Both the position numbers and the translations under genes were made by a program. The notes beneath the pieces are model-generated. The model saw only the letters and a program-made list of their open reading frames with translations. It had not been told where the DNA came from and did not search any database. 64,000 nucleotides of DNA. Source: a bacterium (GTDB lineage: Bacteria > SAR324 > NAC60-12). This document shows, one piece after another, positions 30,708 through 41,884 of the stretch. The DNA lies in the NCBI GenBank assembly GCA_965209155.1, contig OZ242383.1, forward strand, positions 96,001 to 160,000, read 5' to 3'. Each line of letters opens with the position of its first letter. Within the stretch, counting starts at the first letter, position 1.

Positions 30708-32378
30708 ATGGGATTCTCCAAGAAAATTGAATGGTTTGGATTCGGCTTCTTGTCGCTCTTCGCTGGCATTTTTTTGATGGGGGGATCGGCAGCCGCACCC
30801 CTGATCGACTGGGATGAAAATATTTACGCGGAGGCCAGTCGTCAGATGCTGCTACGAAGCGATTATCTCAACATATACGTCAACGACTATCCTTTTGCTG
30901 AAAAGCCTCCCTTTTTTTTATGGTTGCAGGCACTCAGCTTTCATATTTTCGGGATCAATGAATTCGCTGCCAGGTTTCCTTCCGCAGTTGCCGGAGTAGC
31001 GTGCGTTTGGTTTTGTTTTTTCTTTGGAAGAAAAATCCATTCGTACCCGTTTGGCACGTTGTGGGCGATTGTTTACCTGACAAGCTTGCTGCCCGCTTTT
31101 TTCGCACGCAGTGGGGTGATAGACCACACCTTCAATTTCTTGATCATGCTGGCTGCCTACTCATTGTATGCCTATGACGTCAATTTCAGGGAAACGATCG
31201 ATTCACGGCAACGAGGGGGCAAGGGGCGAACTTGGGGATGGCTCACGATCGCCAGTATCAGCATGGGATTGGCGGTTTTGACCAAAGGTCCGGTAGGCGC
31301 CGTCATTCCGCTGGTAGCGTTTTCAGTTTATAAAGTGTTTTATCGTTATCCTCGTCTTTCCCTCCTTCATTTTCTCTATTGCGCGCTGCTCTCCCTGAGT
31401 GTGGCGCTTTCCTGGTACCTGGTCAATTGGCGGGTCTACGGAGTTCACTTCATTGCAGAATTCATCGAGTTTCAAAAAGCCCTTTTTTCCAGACCCCTGG
31501 AAGGGCATCGAGGGCCCTTTTACTACCATATCCTGGTTGCATTGCCCGGTTTATTTCCGTGGACTCCCTTTTTGATCCTCTTCAGGTGGAAGCATTTCCC
31601 TCCCGACCAACTCCATGCGCGTCCTTTACTCATCATGGGCACGGGCTGGATTGTATTTGTCCTGGTTCTGTTCGGTATCGTGACCACTAAATTGCCCCAT
31701 TATTCCGCGTCGATTTACATTCCTCTGTCATTTGCCATTGCCCTGTGCCTGGAACGGTGCCTGCAGATTCGGTCACGCATTCCAAAAGGCGTGATCCTGC
31801 TCTATTTATTGATGGGTACGATTTTTTCCGCCTTGCTCGCGTTTTTTCCGTTTTTACTGGAGACTCATTTCGAGAGGCAAGGGGTCGTCATCGATGTTCA
31901 GAGTCCCTGGCAAATCCATGGGACGGGAATAGCGCTTTTCTCGGGGGTGAGCGTGGCCAGTTGGTTTTTGTGGAAAAAGAAGCTCCGGGTGCCGATTTGG
32001 ATCACGGTAGCCTCCATGTTCGTGGTGACTCAAGGGATTTGGCGTTTTCATGCGCCCGTTTATCTCCGCTATACGCAGCAGCCGTTGATAGAAATGGTCC
32101 AGAGCGCGTATGCGCAGCAAGGGAAAGTGGTGTTATATCGCTATGTTTCCTTTGCGGCCCTGTTTTATGGGAAACAGCCCATCGAAATGCTGCATACCTA
32201 CAAATTTCCCGGCAATCCTGAAATTTTAGACAACCCGCAAGAGGGCGCGTTGTTCGTGATTACGGAGCGGAAAAATAAGAAAAAACTCAAAAAAGAGCAT
32301 CCCCTTGTCGAATTCGTCAGAGACTCCGGCACGTTTTCCTTGTTTATATTGCCACGATCGAAGGAGAAATCTTCTTGA
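30708..32378 (+). CDS. ArnT/GT39-like membrane glycosyltransferase
   Basis: DWDENIYAE, EKPP, AARFPS, LTKGP, TKLPHY. Confidence 0.85.
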   Translation: MGFSKKIEWFGFGFLSLFAGIFLMGGSAAAPLIDWDENIYAEASRQMLLRSDYLNIYVNDYPFAEKPPFFLWLQALSFHIFGINEFAARFPSAVAGVACVWFCFFFGRKIHSYPFGTLWAIVYLTSLLPAFFARSGVIDHTFNFLIMLAAYSLYAYDVNFRETIDSRQRGGKGRTWGWLTIASISMGLAVLTKGPVGAVIPLVAFSVYKVFYRYPRLSLLHFLYCALLSLSVALSWYLVNWRVYGVHFIAEFIEFQKALFSRPLEGHRGPFYYHILVALPGLFPWTPFLILFRWKHFPPDQLHARPLLIMGTGWIVFVLVLFGIVTTKLPHYSASIYIPLSFAIALCLERCLQIRSRIPKGVILLYLLMGTIFSALLAFFPFLLETHFERQGVVIDVQSPWQIHGTGIALFSGVSVASWFLWKKKLRVPIWITVASMFVVTQGIWRFHAPVYLRYTQQPLIEMVQSAYAQQGKVVLYRYVSFAALFYGKQPIEMLHTYKFPGNPEILDNPQEGALFVITERKNKKKLKKEHPLVEFVRDSGTFSLFILPRSKEKSS

Positions 32379-32523
32379 AAGTTTGTATTTAATACCGGTA
32401 CCTGATAAAAAAGAATCTATTCAAATTCAACTTCAAGGGGTAGGGAAAAGGGTTATCATGTGATAACATGAGCCCGGCTTACGGAAAATAATTTAAAATG
32501 CATTCAAATGAGAGGAGAAATTT

Positions 32524-33810
32524 ATGAAAAAATGGCTTCGTGTTATTCAAATCGTTCAAATGTTATTGTTTTTTCCAATGCTCGCATTTGCCGAGGAAGG
32601 ATCCATTGATACCGGGGATACGGCCTGGATGATGGTGGCCTGCGCCCTGGTAATGATCATGACGCCGGGATTGGCATTATTCTACGGCGGGATGGTTCGC
32701 TCCAAGAATGTGCTGTCGTCTCTGATGCACAGTTTCTTCGCAATGGGACTGATGTCCATCCAATGGGTGGTGCTGGGATATTCCCTTGCTTTCGGAGAGG
32801 ATGTGGGAGGTGTGGTTGGCGGGCTCAATCACTTGTTTCTCAGGGGTGTGGGAACCGAAGCGAGTGGATCGATCCCACACGTGGTTTTCATGATGTTCCA
32901 GGGCATGTTCGCCATCATCACGCCCGCCCTGATTTCCGGCGCCATTGCGGAACGCATGAAGTTTTCCACGTACTGCGTGTTCATTTTGCTTTGGGGAACC
33001 CTGGTCTACGATCCCATTGCTCACTGGGTATGGGGATCGGGAGGTTGGTTGCTCGAAATGGGCGCTCTGGATTTCGCAGGGGGAACGGTGGTGCACATGT
33101 CTTCGGGTTTCTCGGCATTGGTACTGGCCATTATGATTGGCAGACGCGTGGATTATGGTAAGACGCCGATCTATCCGAACAACCTGGTTTTCACCGTCCT
33201 GGGCGCCGCTTTGTTGTGGTTTGGCTGGTACGGGTTCAATGCCGGAAGCGCGTTGAGTTCCGGTACCTCGGCAGCAAACGCGTTCGTCACCACCCACATT
33301 GCCGCTGCCGCCGCTATGGTCTCCTGGGTTTTCGCAGAGTGGTGGTTCCGACGACAGCCGAGTATTTTGGGCGCTGCCTCCGGCGTGGTTGCCGGCTTGG
33401 TTACCATCACCCCGGCAGCCGGATTCGTCTCTCCCATGGGAGCCTTGTTGATGGGGCTGATTGGCGGCCTGGTGTGTTACGGCGCCGTTTTGATGAAGAG
33501 AAAATACACTTACGATGATTCTCTCGATGCTTTCGGAATCCATGGAATCGGAGGACTGTTGGGCGCCCTGTTGACCGGGGTGTTCGCTGCAGAAGCCATT
33601 GGTGGAACACCCGGTTTGTTTGAAGGCAACCTTGCCGTGATGGGACCGCAGATCGTTGGAGTTCTGGCAACCATGATCTATGCGTCCGTGGTGACCTTCA
33701 TTATAGTGAAAATCCTGGATGTAACCATGGGATTGCGAGTCGAAGAGGATGAAGAACGTGAAGGACTCGATATCAACTCCCATGGCGAACATGCCTACCA
33801 GTTGAACTAA
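32524..33810 (+). CDS. amtB: Ammonium transporter
   Basis: MTPGLALFYGG, DFAGGTVVH, WFGWYGFNAGS, DDSLDAFGIHG. Confidence 0.95.
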   Translation: MKKWLRVIQIVQMLLFFPMLAFAEEGSIDTGDTAWMMVACALVMIMTPGLALFYGGMVRSKNVLSSLMHSFFAMGLMSIQWVVLGYSLAFGEDVGGVVGGLNHLFLRGVGTEASGSIPHVVFMMFQGMFAIITPALISGAIAERMKFSTYCVFILLWGTLVYDPIAHWVWGSGGWLLEMGALDFAGGTVVHMSSGFSALVLAIMIGRRVDYGKTPIYPNNLVFTVLGAALLWFGWYGFNAGSALSSGTSAANAFVTTHIAAAAAMVSWVFAEWWFRRQPSILGAASGVVAGLVTITPAAGFVSPMGALLMGLIGGLVCYGAVLMKRKYTYDDSLDAFGIHGIGGLLGALLTGVFAAEAIGGTPGLFEGNLAVMGPQIVGVLATMIYASVVTFIIVKILDVTMGLRVEEDEEREGLDINSHGEHAYQLN

Positions 33811-34000
33811 GGATTATCCACCGGACGGATACGACTCTCAGGCAACAGGGGACATGGCCGCAATCCAAGTCCCCTGTTCCGCGGGTATTGACCCTGGAAT
33901 TGTTTCAAATTCCCGGAGACGAAAAACGATCACGATCTCATTCGATGATTGATTGAGGGGTAGCGGAGTTTTTTCTTCGTTACTGCTTAATTGATTGAAA

Positions 34001-35272
<1,272 letters not shown>

Positions 35273-35296
35273 TCACTAAAAATCGTTGATAACTAA

Positions 35297-35375
35297 GGCG
35301 CAAAGAAAGGCACAGAGGCACAGAGGCACAAAGAAAGGCACAAAGGCACAAAGGCACAAAGGCACAAAGGCGCAA
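35297..35375 (+). repeat. GGCACAAA/GGCACAGA octamer tandem array in the crcB-eno spacer
   Basis: Direct inspection. Confidence 0.9.
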
Positions 35376-35378
35376 ACA

Positions 35379-35753
35379 TCAGAATGATTTGACAAGCAGT
35401 AATCCAAGTATACACAAAATCAGACAGGTAGTGACATTACTCAATATGTTCATCCCCATTTTCCAGTAATCCCCACTTTGCATCAATAGGATCGTTTCGT
35501 AGCTGAAGGTTGAAAAAGTAGTGAATGCGCCCAAAAATCCCACCGTCAATCCCAACCTCAGTTCTTCGCTGACGGCCAGGTGCTCCCGCAAGTAACCTGC
35601 AAGCGCACCCAAAACCAACGATCCGAGGGCATTGACGATCAAGGTCCCATAGGGAAAATCGGTCCCCAGCCGAAGATGGACCTGGGTGGAAAGCAAATAC
35701 CGGGAAATACTGCCCACAAATCCCCCTGCTCCTATTGAAAGTAAAGTCATCAT
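35379..35753 (-). CDS. crcB: Fluoride channel CrcB/FluC
   Basis: GGFVGSISRY, FPYGTLIVN, GFLGAFTTFSTF. Confidence 0.93.
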   Translation of the reverse strand: MMTLLSIGAGGFVGSISRYLLSTQVHLRLGTDFPYGTLIVNALGSLVLGALAGYLREHLAVSEELRLGLTVGFLGAFTTFSTFSYETILLMQSGDYWKMGMNILSNVTTCLILCILGLLLVKSF

Positions 35754-35837
35754 CGATAAAATCTCTAGTGGGTTCACCGGTCTTTTAATCCCGAAACCCC
35801 AATGGGAAATCTATAGCTTGTTTAACTTGTTCTAATT

Positions 35838-36214
35838 AATCTCATTAAACCACCAGCTCTGCTGGTGCGAACCTAATAGGCTTTGCCGGTCAGACATGAG
35901 AAAGGTATCCGTGTCCGTTAGCCGTGCTCGTGCTCGTGAACGGTCAGTGAATTCGACGGCACATTTTGGTTAACATTGAAACAATGCGATGAAGTAACTG
36001 TTTCCCTTCGTCAAATAAAGGAGGATGGATGATCTTCAACACGTTTAAAACATCGAGAATAGCAGCGCATTCCATAAAAATTCGATGGAAGATTGGTATA
36101 CATCGAGTTTTTCATGATCTAACATGGCAGCCTTTTTCGTTCACGAGCACGAGCACGTTTTGCCCTCATACTGGGGGCCTCTTCAAGCCACCGGCTCTTC
36201 CGGTGGTGATGACT
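35838..36214 (-). mobile_element. IVP element copy 4, different deletions (166 bp and 19 bp)
   Basis: 377 bp, both ends intact, preceded by TAATT. Confidence 0.9.
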
Positions 36215-36371
36215 TTGAAATGATACCAGAAGTATAGGCTAAAATAATCCACAAGGAGGGATTTATCAAGAGAGGAAGAAAACGAACTCACTGGAGAGTG
36301 TTGAACATTTCTCTGAATTCCATTATTCTCCATTTAAATTTCCCTGTCACAGCAGATAAAGAGAAACGCAA

Positions 36372-36749
36372 ATGGATAAAGACGAATCAGTGAATGTATT
36401 TGGCGAGTCATTGGAGACTTGCAGTGAAAAGCCCATGACGGGATTCTTCCGGGATGGTTGTTGCAACACCAGCAAGCAAGATTTGGGATCGCACACGGTT
36501 TGTACGCAAGTGACCGAGGAATTTCTTGAATTCTCTCGTTTTCGCGGAAACGATCTTTCCACTCCACATCCCGAGTTGGGTTTCCCGGGATTGCGCGCAG
36601 GGGATCAATGGTGTTTATGCGCGGCTCGTTGGTTGGAGGCGTACCAACATGGGATGGCGCCTAAAATTTACCTGACGCGGACCCACAAAAGGGCCCTGGA
36701 TATCATTCCGCTGGAATTACTTCAAGAATTCGCAGTGGATTTGAATTGA
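36372..36749 (+). CDS. DUF2237 family protein
   Basis: NVFGESL..C...PMTGFFRDGCC, GNDLSTP, WCLCAARW. Confidence 0.88.
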   Translation: MDKDESVNVFGESLETCSEKPMTGFFRDGCCNTSKQDLGSHTVCTQVTEEFLEFSRFRGNDLSTPHPELGFPGLRAGDQWCLCAARWLEAYQHGMAPKIYLTRTHKRALDIIPLELLQEFAVDLN

Positions 36750-36865
36750 TTCCGCCCGACCTTCATTGCCATCAAGGGCTGGAGCATTCCAGAACTTCAA
36801 CTCAAAATTTGTTCGAAACTGAGGACCTGCTTGCGTAGAGCCAGTACGATTGCCTCCAAAGCAAT

Positions 36866-37744
36866 TCAACCTCCCAGGAACAATTCAGCAACTTTGGGGT
36901 TTGCCAGCAATTCATCCCCCTTGTCTGCGATTGCCAGTTCACCCGAAACCAGCACATATCCCAAATCCGCGAATTCCAGACCTTTTTTTGCATTCTGTTC
37001 CACCATGATGATGGTTTTACCTTCCTGGTGCTGAAGGTCAGCGAGGATTCCAAATACCATATCGATGAATCTTGGTTCCAATCCGATGGAAGGTTCATCC
37101 ACCAGCAGCAACCGAGGTTCCATAACCAGTGCCCGGGAGATTTCAAGCAGACGGCGTTCGCCGCCTGAAAGCACCCTTGCCTGGTGTTTTCGCCGGACCG
37201 CCAGTCTGGGATATTTGTCAAAAATCATTGTTGCTGCTTTTTTAGCTTGATCCGGGCTGGCTTTGAGATAGCCCCCCATCCATAGATTTTCCTCAACAGT
37301 CATTTCCGGGAAAATGGATTTGTCTTGCAGGATATAAGCAATTCCGGCATCCGAAAGTTTCTGATTAGGCGTAAGGGAGGTGATGTCCTTCCTGTCCTTT
37401 CCACTGCCGATGGTGATTTTTCCGGAGAAGATGTTCGTGAATCCAAATATTGAATGAAGAATCGTTGATTTGCCCGCGCCATTTGGACCAATCAGGCACA
37501 ATGACTGCGCTTGTCCGACCCGCAGGTTGAGATTGTGGAGAATTTTCATTTTGCCGTATCCGGCGTTGAGATTTTCTATGGACACGAACGGTTCAAGGCC
37601 CGCGAGTTCCTCCAGTTGATCAATGGAAATCACTTTAGCGACGCTGGCGGCCTGGCGAGCCACTTCATCGACGGAAAGGACCGTATCTATGCCGCCTCCC
37701 CCATAACCTTGGACGTCTCCTGGTTTGTCCGGATTATTCATCAT
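36866..37744 (-). CDS. Branched-chain amino acid-type ABC ATPase (LivF-like)
   Basis: GPNGAGKS, LSGGE, VDEP, VEQN. Confidence 0.9.
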   Translation of the reverse strand: MMNNPDKPGDVQGYGGGGIDTVLSVDEVARQAASVAKVISIDQLEELAGLEPFVSIENLNAGYGKMKILHNLNLRVGQAQSLCLIGPNGAGKSTILHSIFGFTNIFSGKITIGSGKDRKDITSLTPNQKLSDAGIAYILQDKSIFPEMTVEENLWMGGYLKASPDQAKKAATMIFDKYPRLAVRRKHQARVLSGGERRLLEISRALVMEPRLLLVDEPSIGLEPRFIDMVFGILADLQHQEGKTIIMVEQNAKKGLEFADLGYVLVSGELAIADKGDELLANPKVAELFLGG

Positions 37745-37765
37745 TCATTCGGTTCTGTTACGTTT

Positions 37766-38509
37766 TCAGGGTGCTCCGAGATAGGCATCGATCACTTGTT
37801 GATTTCTCTGAATCTCTGCTGGCGTACCTTCAGCCAGCAGTTTTCCATGGGCCAGGCAATAGATCCTGTCCGCGAGATTCATGATGACCCTCATGTTGTG
37901 TTCGATGACAAACAACGTGATCCCAAATTCACTATTGGCGCGTTTCAGCCGTTCAATCAAACCGTTGATCTGGGTCGGATTGATACCTGCTGTCGGTTCA
38001 TCGAGCAGCAGGACGTTGGGTTCGTTCATTAATGCCATTGCGAATTCGAGAAGTTTCTGCTGTCCAAACGAGAGTGACCCGGCGGTCAGATAGCGTTTTT
38101 CATACAGTCCAACGAATTCAAGTAACCTGTCTGCCTTTTCGTAATCCACGCGGCTGTTGCGGATGAAGGATTCCAGGAATTTCATCTTGCGGTGCGGGAG
38201 TGATATCAAGACGTTCTCTAAGCAGTTCATGGCGCTGAAAATCCGGGTTTGCTGATACGTTCGAATCAAACCGAGTCGGGCGATTTCCTGTACCGATTTG
38301 TGGGAAATCTCCTGGTTATTGTATTTGATGGAACCGGAGTCGATCGGGTGGTATCCGACAATGGAATGGAATAAGGTCGTCTTTCCGGACCCATTCGGAC
38401 CAATGAGACCCGTGATACCGCCGTGTTCGACATTCATGGTTATCGCATTGTTCGCAATCACGCCGCCATACGATTTCGTGACTTTGCTGACTTCAAGGAT
38501 ACCTGTCAT
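37766..38509 (-). CDS. Branched-chain amino acid-type ABC ATPase (LivG-like)
   Basis: GPNGSGKT, LSFGQ, IEHNM, AYLG; start at ATG 38509 overlapping the upstream stop. Confidence 0.9.
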   Translation of the reverse strand: MTGILEVSKVTKSYGGVIANNAITMNVEHGGITGLIGPNGSGKTTLFHSIVGYHPIDSGSIKYNNQEISHKSVQEIARLGLIRTYQQTRIFSAMNCLENVLISLPHRKMKFLESFIRNSRVDYEKADRLLEFVGLYEKRYLTAGSLSFGQQKLLEFAMALMNEPNVLLLDEPTAGINPTQINGLIERLKRANSEFGITLFVIEHNMRVIMNLADRIYCLAHGKLLAEGTPAEIQRNQQVIDAYLGAP

Positions 38510-39546
38510 GAAGCGGATTTCTCCCGACTTTTCGTTTCTATCCGGATTCCAAACCATTCTGGTCGCGCATGCTTCAACCATCCCATGATTCCATCTTGGA
38601 GATAAACTACGGTTCCAACGATCAAGGCACCGAGCGCGACCCACTGCCAACCCAGAAAATAGTTCCAGGTGATCTCTTTGAAGACGTGAAATACGATTGC
38701 TCCGATCACCGGTCCCCAAAGCGTGCCCTTGCCGCCAAGCAGTACGCAGACAACCATAAAGATTCCCAGGTTGATGGTCTGGTAGGCTGTTTCCAAAGGT
38801 TCAAAATGGATCAACTGGAATGCGGAAATACCCCCAGCCACCCCGATGAAAAATGCCGACAAAGACCAAGTGGTCAACTTGTATCGCATGGTATGAATGC
38901 CAATGGCTTCGGCCTTTTCTTCGTCATCGCGAATGGCATTGATTGCAGCGCCGAAGCGCGTACCGTAGAGCCACCCGAGGAAGAGAAATAGCAGCACGCC
39001 GCTTGATGCGAAAAGGTAATAGAAAAATACCTTGCCCCATTCAAGGTCGTATGGAAACACGGGCAGGGAGATGCCCTGACCACCACCGACCCAATCCCAA
39101 TTGGAAACCAGTTCTCCGGCAGCGATTGCGATTCCCAACGTACCGATAGCGAAATAGGGACCCCTGAATCCAAAAGTAATGCAGCCGATAATCAGCGCTG
39201 CAACAGCACAGAAGACTCCGGCTCCCAAAATGCCTGAAAATACCCCCAGAAAATACTGAAAATCGGTAAATTCATAGATCGTGTCGTTGAATGCATTGGT
39301 GTAATCCCCAATATCGAAGGCAGTGGCAATGGTGATCAAAGCCGCTACATACATACCGGTTCCGTAGAAAAAGATGTTCCCGAGTGAATTGTAACCCATC
39401 TGGCCGCCTGTCATGTCCCATGTCAGGGCTACGATGATCATCAACCACAAAGTCGCCAGCTGGGTCTTGAAAGCGGGAAATACGAAAGGCGCTGCAAGAA
39501 TCATAAATATCAGGATTCCGTAAAAAGCCGGTCCTCTCCAATTCAT
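38506..39546 (-). CDS. ABC permease (LivM-like)
   Basis: GPYFAIGTL, AIRDDEEKA, GGKGTLWGPVIGA. Confidence 0.9.
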   Translation of the reverse strand: MNWRGPAFYGILIFMILAAPFVFPAFKTQLATLWLMIIVALTWDMTGGQMGYNSLGNIFFYGTGMYVAALITIATAFDIGDYTNAFNDTIYEFTDFQYFLGVFSGILGAGVFCAVAALIIGCITFGFRGPYFAIGTLGIAIAAGELVSNWDWVGGGQGISLPVFPYDLEWGKVFFYYLFASSGVLLFLFLGWLYGTRFGAAINAIRDDEEKAEAIGIHTMRYKLTTWSLSAFFIGVAGGISAFQLIHFEPLETAYQTINLGIFMVVCVLLGGKGTLWGPVIGAIVFHVFKEITWNYFLGWQWVALGALIVGTVVYLQDGIMGWLKHARPEWFGIRIETKSREKSAS

Positions 39547-39555
39547 GGTTGACCT

Positions 39556-40467
39556 TTACTGCAAACTTTTTCGATGGCGTTTTCGCTGTACCAGGCGGAT
39601 CAACAAAACCAGTAGCAGCAACAGCACGGCGATGGCCTGCTGGTAACCGATACCAAATACATGCGCGCCATACAATTCAAGCGCACCGATGCCGAGTCCG
39701 GCAGCAATAACGCCCGGAAAATTTCCCAGACCCGCGGCCGTTACGATCACAAAAGATCGGATTGAATGAGTGATGCCATAGAATGGCTGAATGACCCAAA
39801 CCATGACGATGATGGCACCGGCCGCACCGCAAATTGCGCAATTCAGCGAAAACGTAAAGGAATACACCTTTTCGGTATCGATACCGAGTACGCGGGCGGC
39901 TCGCGGATCCTGCGCCGTAGCGCGGACAGCCTGCCCCATCCGACTGTATTTCATAAAAACGATGACTCCGGTTGCCAGTACGGCTGCTATCAGCACTCCA
40001 AGCATTTTGGCTACCGGGACGTCAATAAAACCGTCTGCGAAATACAGAGTGTCATAACCGAGTGAGATGCTTTGCGTGTCAGAGCCAAAAAGCAAGTTCA
40101 GGACCTGCGCAATCATGATGGCGATGCCAAATGTCGCCAGCAGCGAGGTAAACAGGTCCCGTTCTATGACCCGGCAAATGACGAGTTTGTAGATGAACCA
40201 CCCGATTCCCCAGAGTACCAGGAAAGCAAAGGGAACGCCCAATAACGGATTCAGTCCTTGATTGGCCAGCCACCATGCCGCATAGCCACCTGCGATCACA
40301 AAATCACCTTGTGCCAGGTTTTTGATGTTCATGACACCCCAGACCAGGGCCAGGCCATAAGCAGCCAGCGCAAAAAGGGCGCCGATCATCACGCCGTCAA
40401 TGATGATTTTCAGATTGACGATGGGGAACTGAATCAGCAAAGAGATGTTGGTCAGTATTTGCTCCAT
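39556..40467 (-). CDS. ABC permease (LivH-like)
   Basis: GLALVWGVMNIKNLAQG, GQAVRATAQD. Confidence 0.9.
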   Translation of the reverse strand: MEQILTNISLLIQFPIVNLKIIIDGVMIGALFALAAYGLALVWGVMNIKNLAQGDFVIAGGYAAWWLANQGLNPLLGVPFAFLVLWGIGWFIYKLVICRVIERDLFTSLLATFGIAIMIAQVLNLLFGSDTQSISLGYDTLYFADGFIDVPVAKMLGVLIAAVLATGVIVFMKYSRMGQAVRATAQDPRAARVLGIDTEKVYSFTFSLNCAICGAAGAIIVMVWVIQPFYGITHSIRSFVIVTAAGLGNFPGVIAAGLGIGALELYGAHVFGIGYQQAIAVLLLLLVLLIRLVQRKRHRKSLQ

Positions 40468-40480
40468 AAACGTGGAATGG

Positions 40481-41710
40481 TCAGTTGCGCGGCCAGTTGA
40501 GTTTGTGAGATGCGAACTCGGATGGAGCGACTACGTTGTATTTTCCGTTTTGAATCTGCCGCAGGACCATTGGCTTGGCGATATTGTTGCCAACTTCGGA
40601 AAACTTGATATGTCCATAGAAAGTTGCCAGGTCCGTCTCAGCGATCGCATCACGTACTCGCTGCTTGTCCAGTGTTCCCGCTCGTTCGAAAGCATCTTTG
40701 AAAACGTAAACGGCAGCCGATGCCTGCGCCACCTGGTATGGGACGGTTTTATCGGCGTACTCGGGGAATGCGGCCTTGAACTCTCGTTCGTAATTTCCCG
40801 CCGTACCAAAGATCGGATCGCTGTATGTCAATGTTTCCGCCCATTGCGTCGAACACAGGATGTCATTGGCAGCCCTTCCGAAATTGCCGACCACATCGGC
40901 AGACTCGCAATGAGTGATGGCGATCATGGGAACTTTGACCTTCTGTTCATGAATTTGACGAACAGCCGTTGCCGCTCCTTTGGAGTGCCCGCTGACAACC
41001 AGCAAATCCGGTTTGAGAAGTTTGACTTTCGTCAGAATGGCGCTCATGTCGGAAAGATCACGTGGCAGCTTTTCATCAATGACGATCTTCATATCGAAGC
41101 GGGCGGCATCTTGCAGAACACCCGCGCGGACGTCCAGTGAGAAGGGGTCGTTTTCCACGGCCACCGCCACTTTGACATCGGAGGGACTGACGCCGATTTC
41201 CCTGGCCTTTTCAGCAGAAAGCGTAATGGCGGAAGCCAGGTATTGTTCAGAAGTCGAGAGCACGGCAAACAGATATTTGTATCCCTTGTTGAAGAGTGAA
41301 CGACTGGCGCCTTCTGCTTCCACCATCGGAATCTGATATTTTTCAGTTACCGGTGCGATGGCTTTCGTCAGACCAGATGAATACGGTCCGAGCATGTACC
41401 GTACCTGATCCTGGTTGATCAATCGTTCAGCAAGCGTCGCGCCCCGGTCACCTTTGGATTCGTCATCATAGTAGATTAAATGGAAGTCGTAACACTTGTC
41501 ACCAATGCGGACGCCGCCGGATTCCTTGATTTTCCGGATTGCGAATTCATAACCATTCCTGGCATGAACGCCATTCGTGGCATATTTTCCAGTCAAAGAT
41601 ATCGCAGAGCCGAGTACGAGTTTTTCACATTCATCCGCGAGTGCGGAATTTAAAAAAATCAGTACGCTGGCACCAGTAATCAGACCCTGTATTATTTTTG
41701 AACATTTCAT
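40481..41710 (-). CDS. Amino acid ABC substrate-binding protein (LivK-like)
   Basis: Signal peptide, SLTGKYA, YYDDES, LGPYSS. Confidence 0.9.
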   Translation of the reverse strand: MKCSKIIQGLITGASVLIFLNSALADECEKLVLGSAISLTGKYATNGVHARNGYEFAIRKIKESGGVRIGDKCYDFHLIYYDDESKGDRGATLAERLINQDQVRYMLGPYSSGLTKAIAPVTEKYQIPMVEAEGASRSLFNKGYKYLFAVLSTSEQYLASAITLSAEKAREIGVSPSDVKVAVAVENDPFSLDVRAGVLQDAARFDMKIVIDEKLPRDLSDMSAILTKVKLLKPDLLVVSGHSKGAATAVRQIHEQKVKVPMIAITHCESADVVGNFGRAANDILCSTQWAETLTYSDPIFGTAGNYEREFKAAFPEYADKTVPYQVAQASAAVYVFKDAFERAGTLDKQRVRDAIAETDLATFYGHIKFSEVGNNIAKPMVLRQIQNGKYNVVAPSEFASHKLNWPRN

Positions 41711-41884
41711 CTTTTTCTCTCACTCCCCATGATAGGTTGATATGAACGATTGATCCGACATTGGTTTTCATAGTAGCACTAATTTTCCGTTTATTTTTTC
41801 CCTGAATTTTTATATTTTCATACCATCAACCTCATCCTCTGGGGTTGCGTTGGATATGGTGGAAATTTTTTGCGTGACTCATTG

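Noticed and set aside
32677..33792. Long antisense ORFs (e.g. opposite amtB, the SDR, purF, the mutase, gatB)
   Set aside because: Shadow ORFs opposite well-conserved genes
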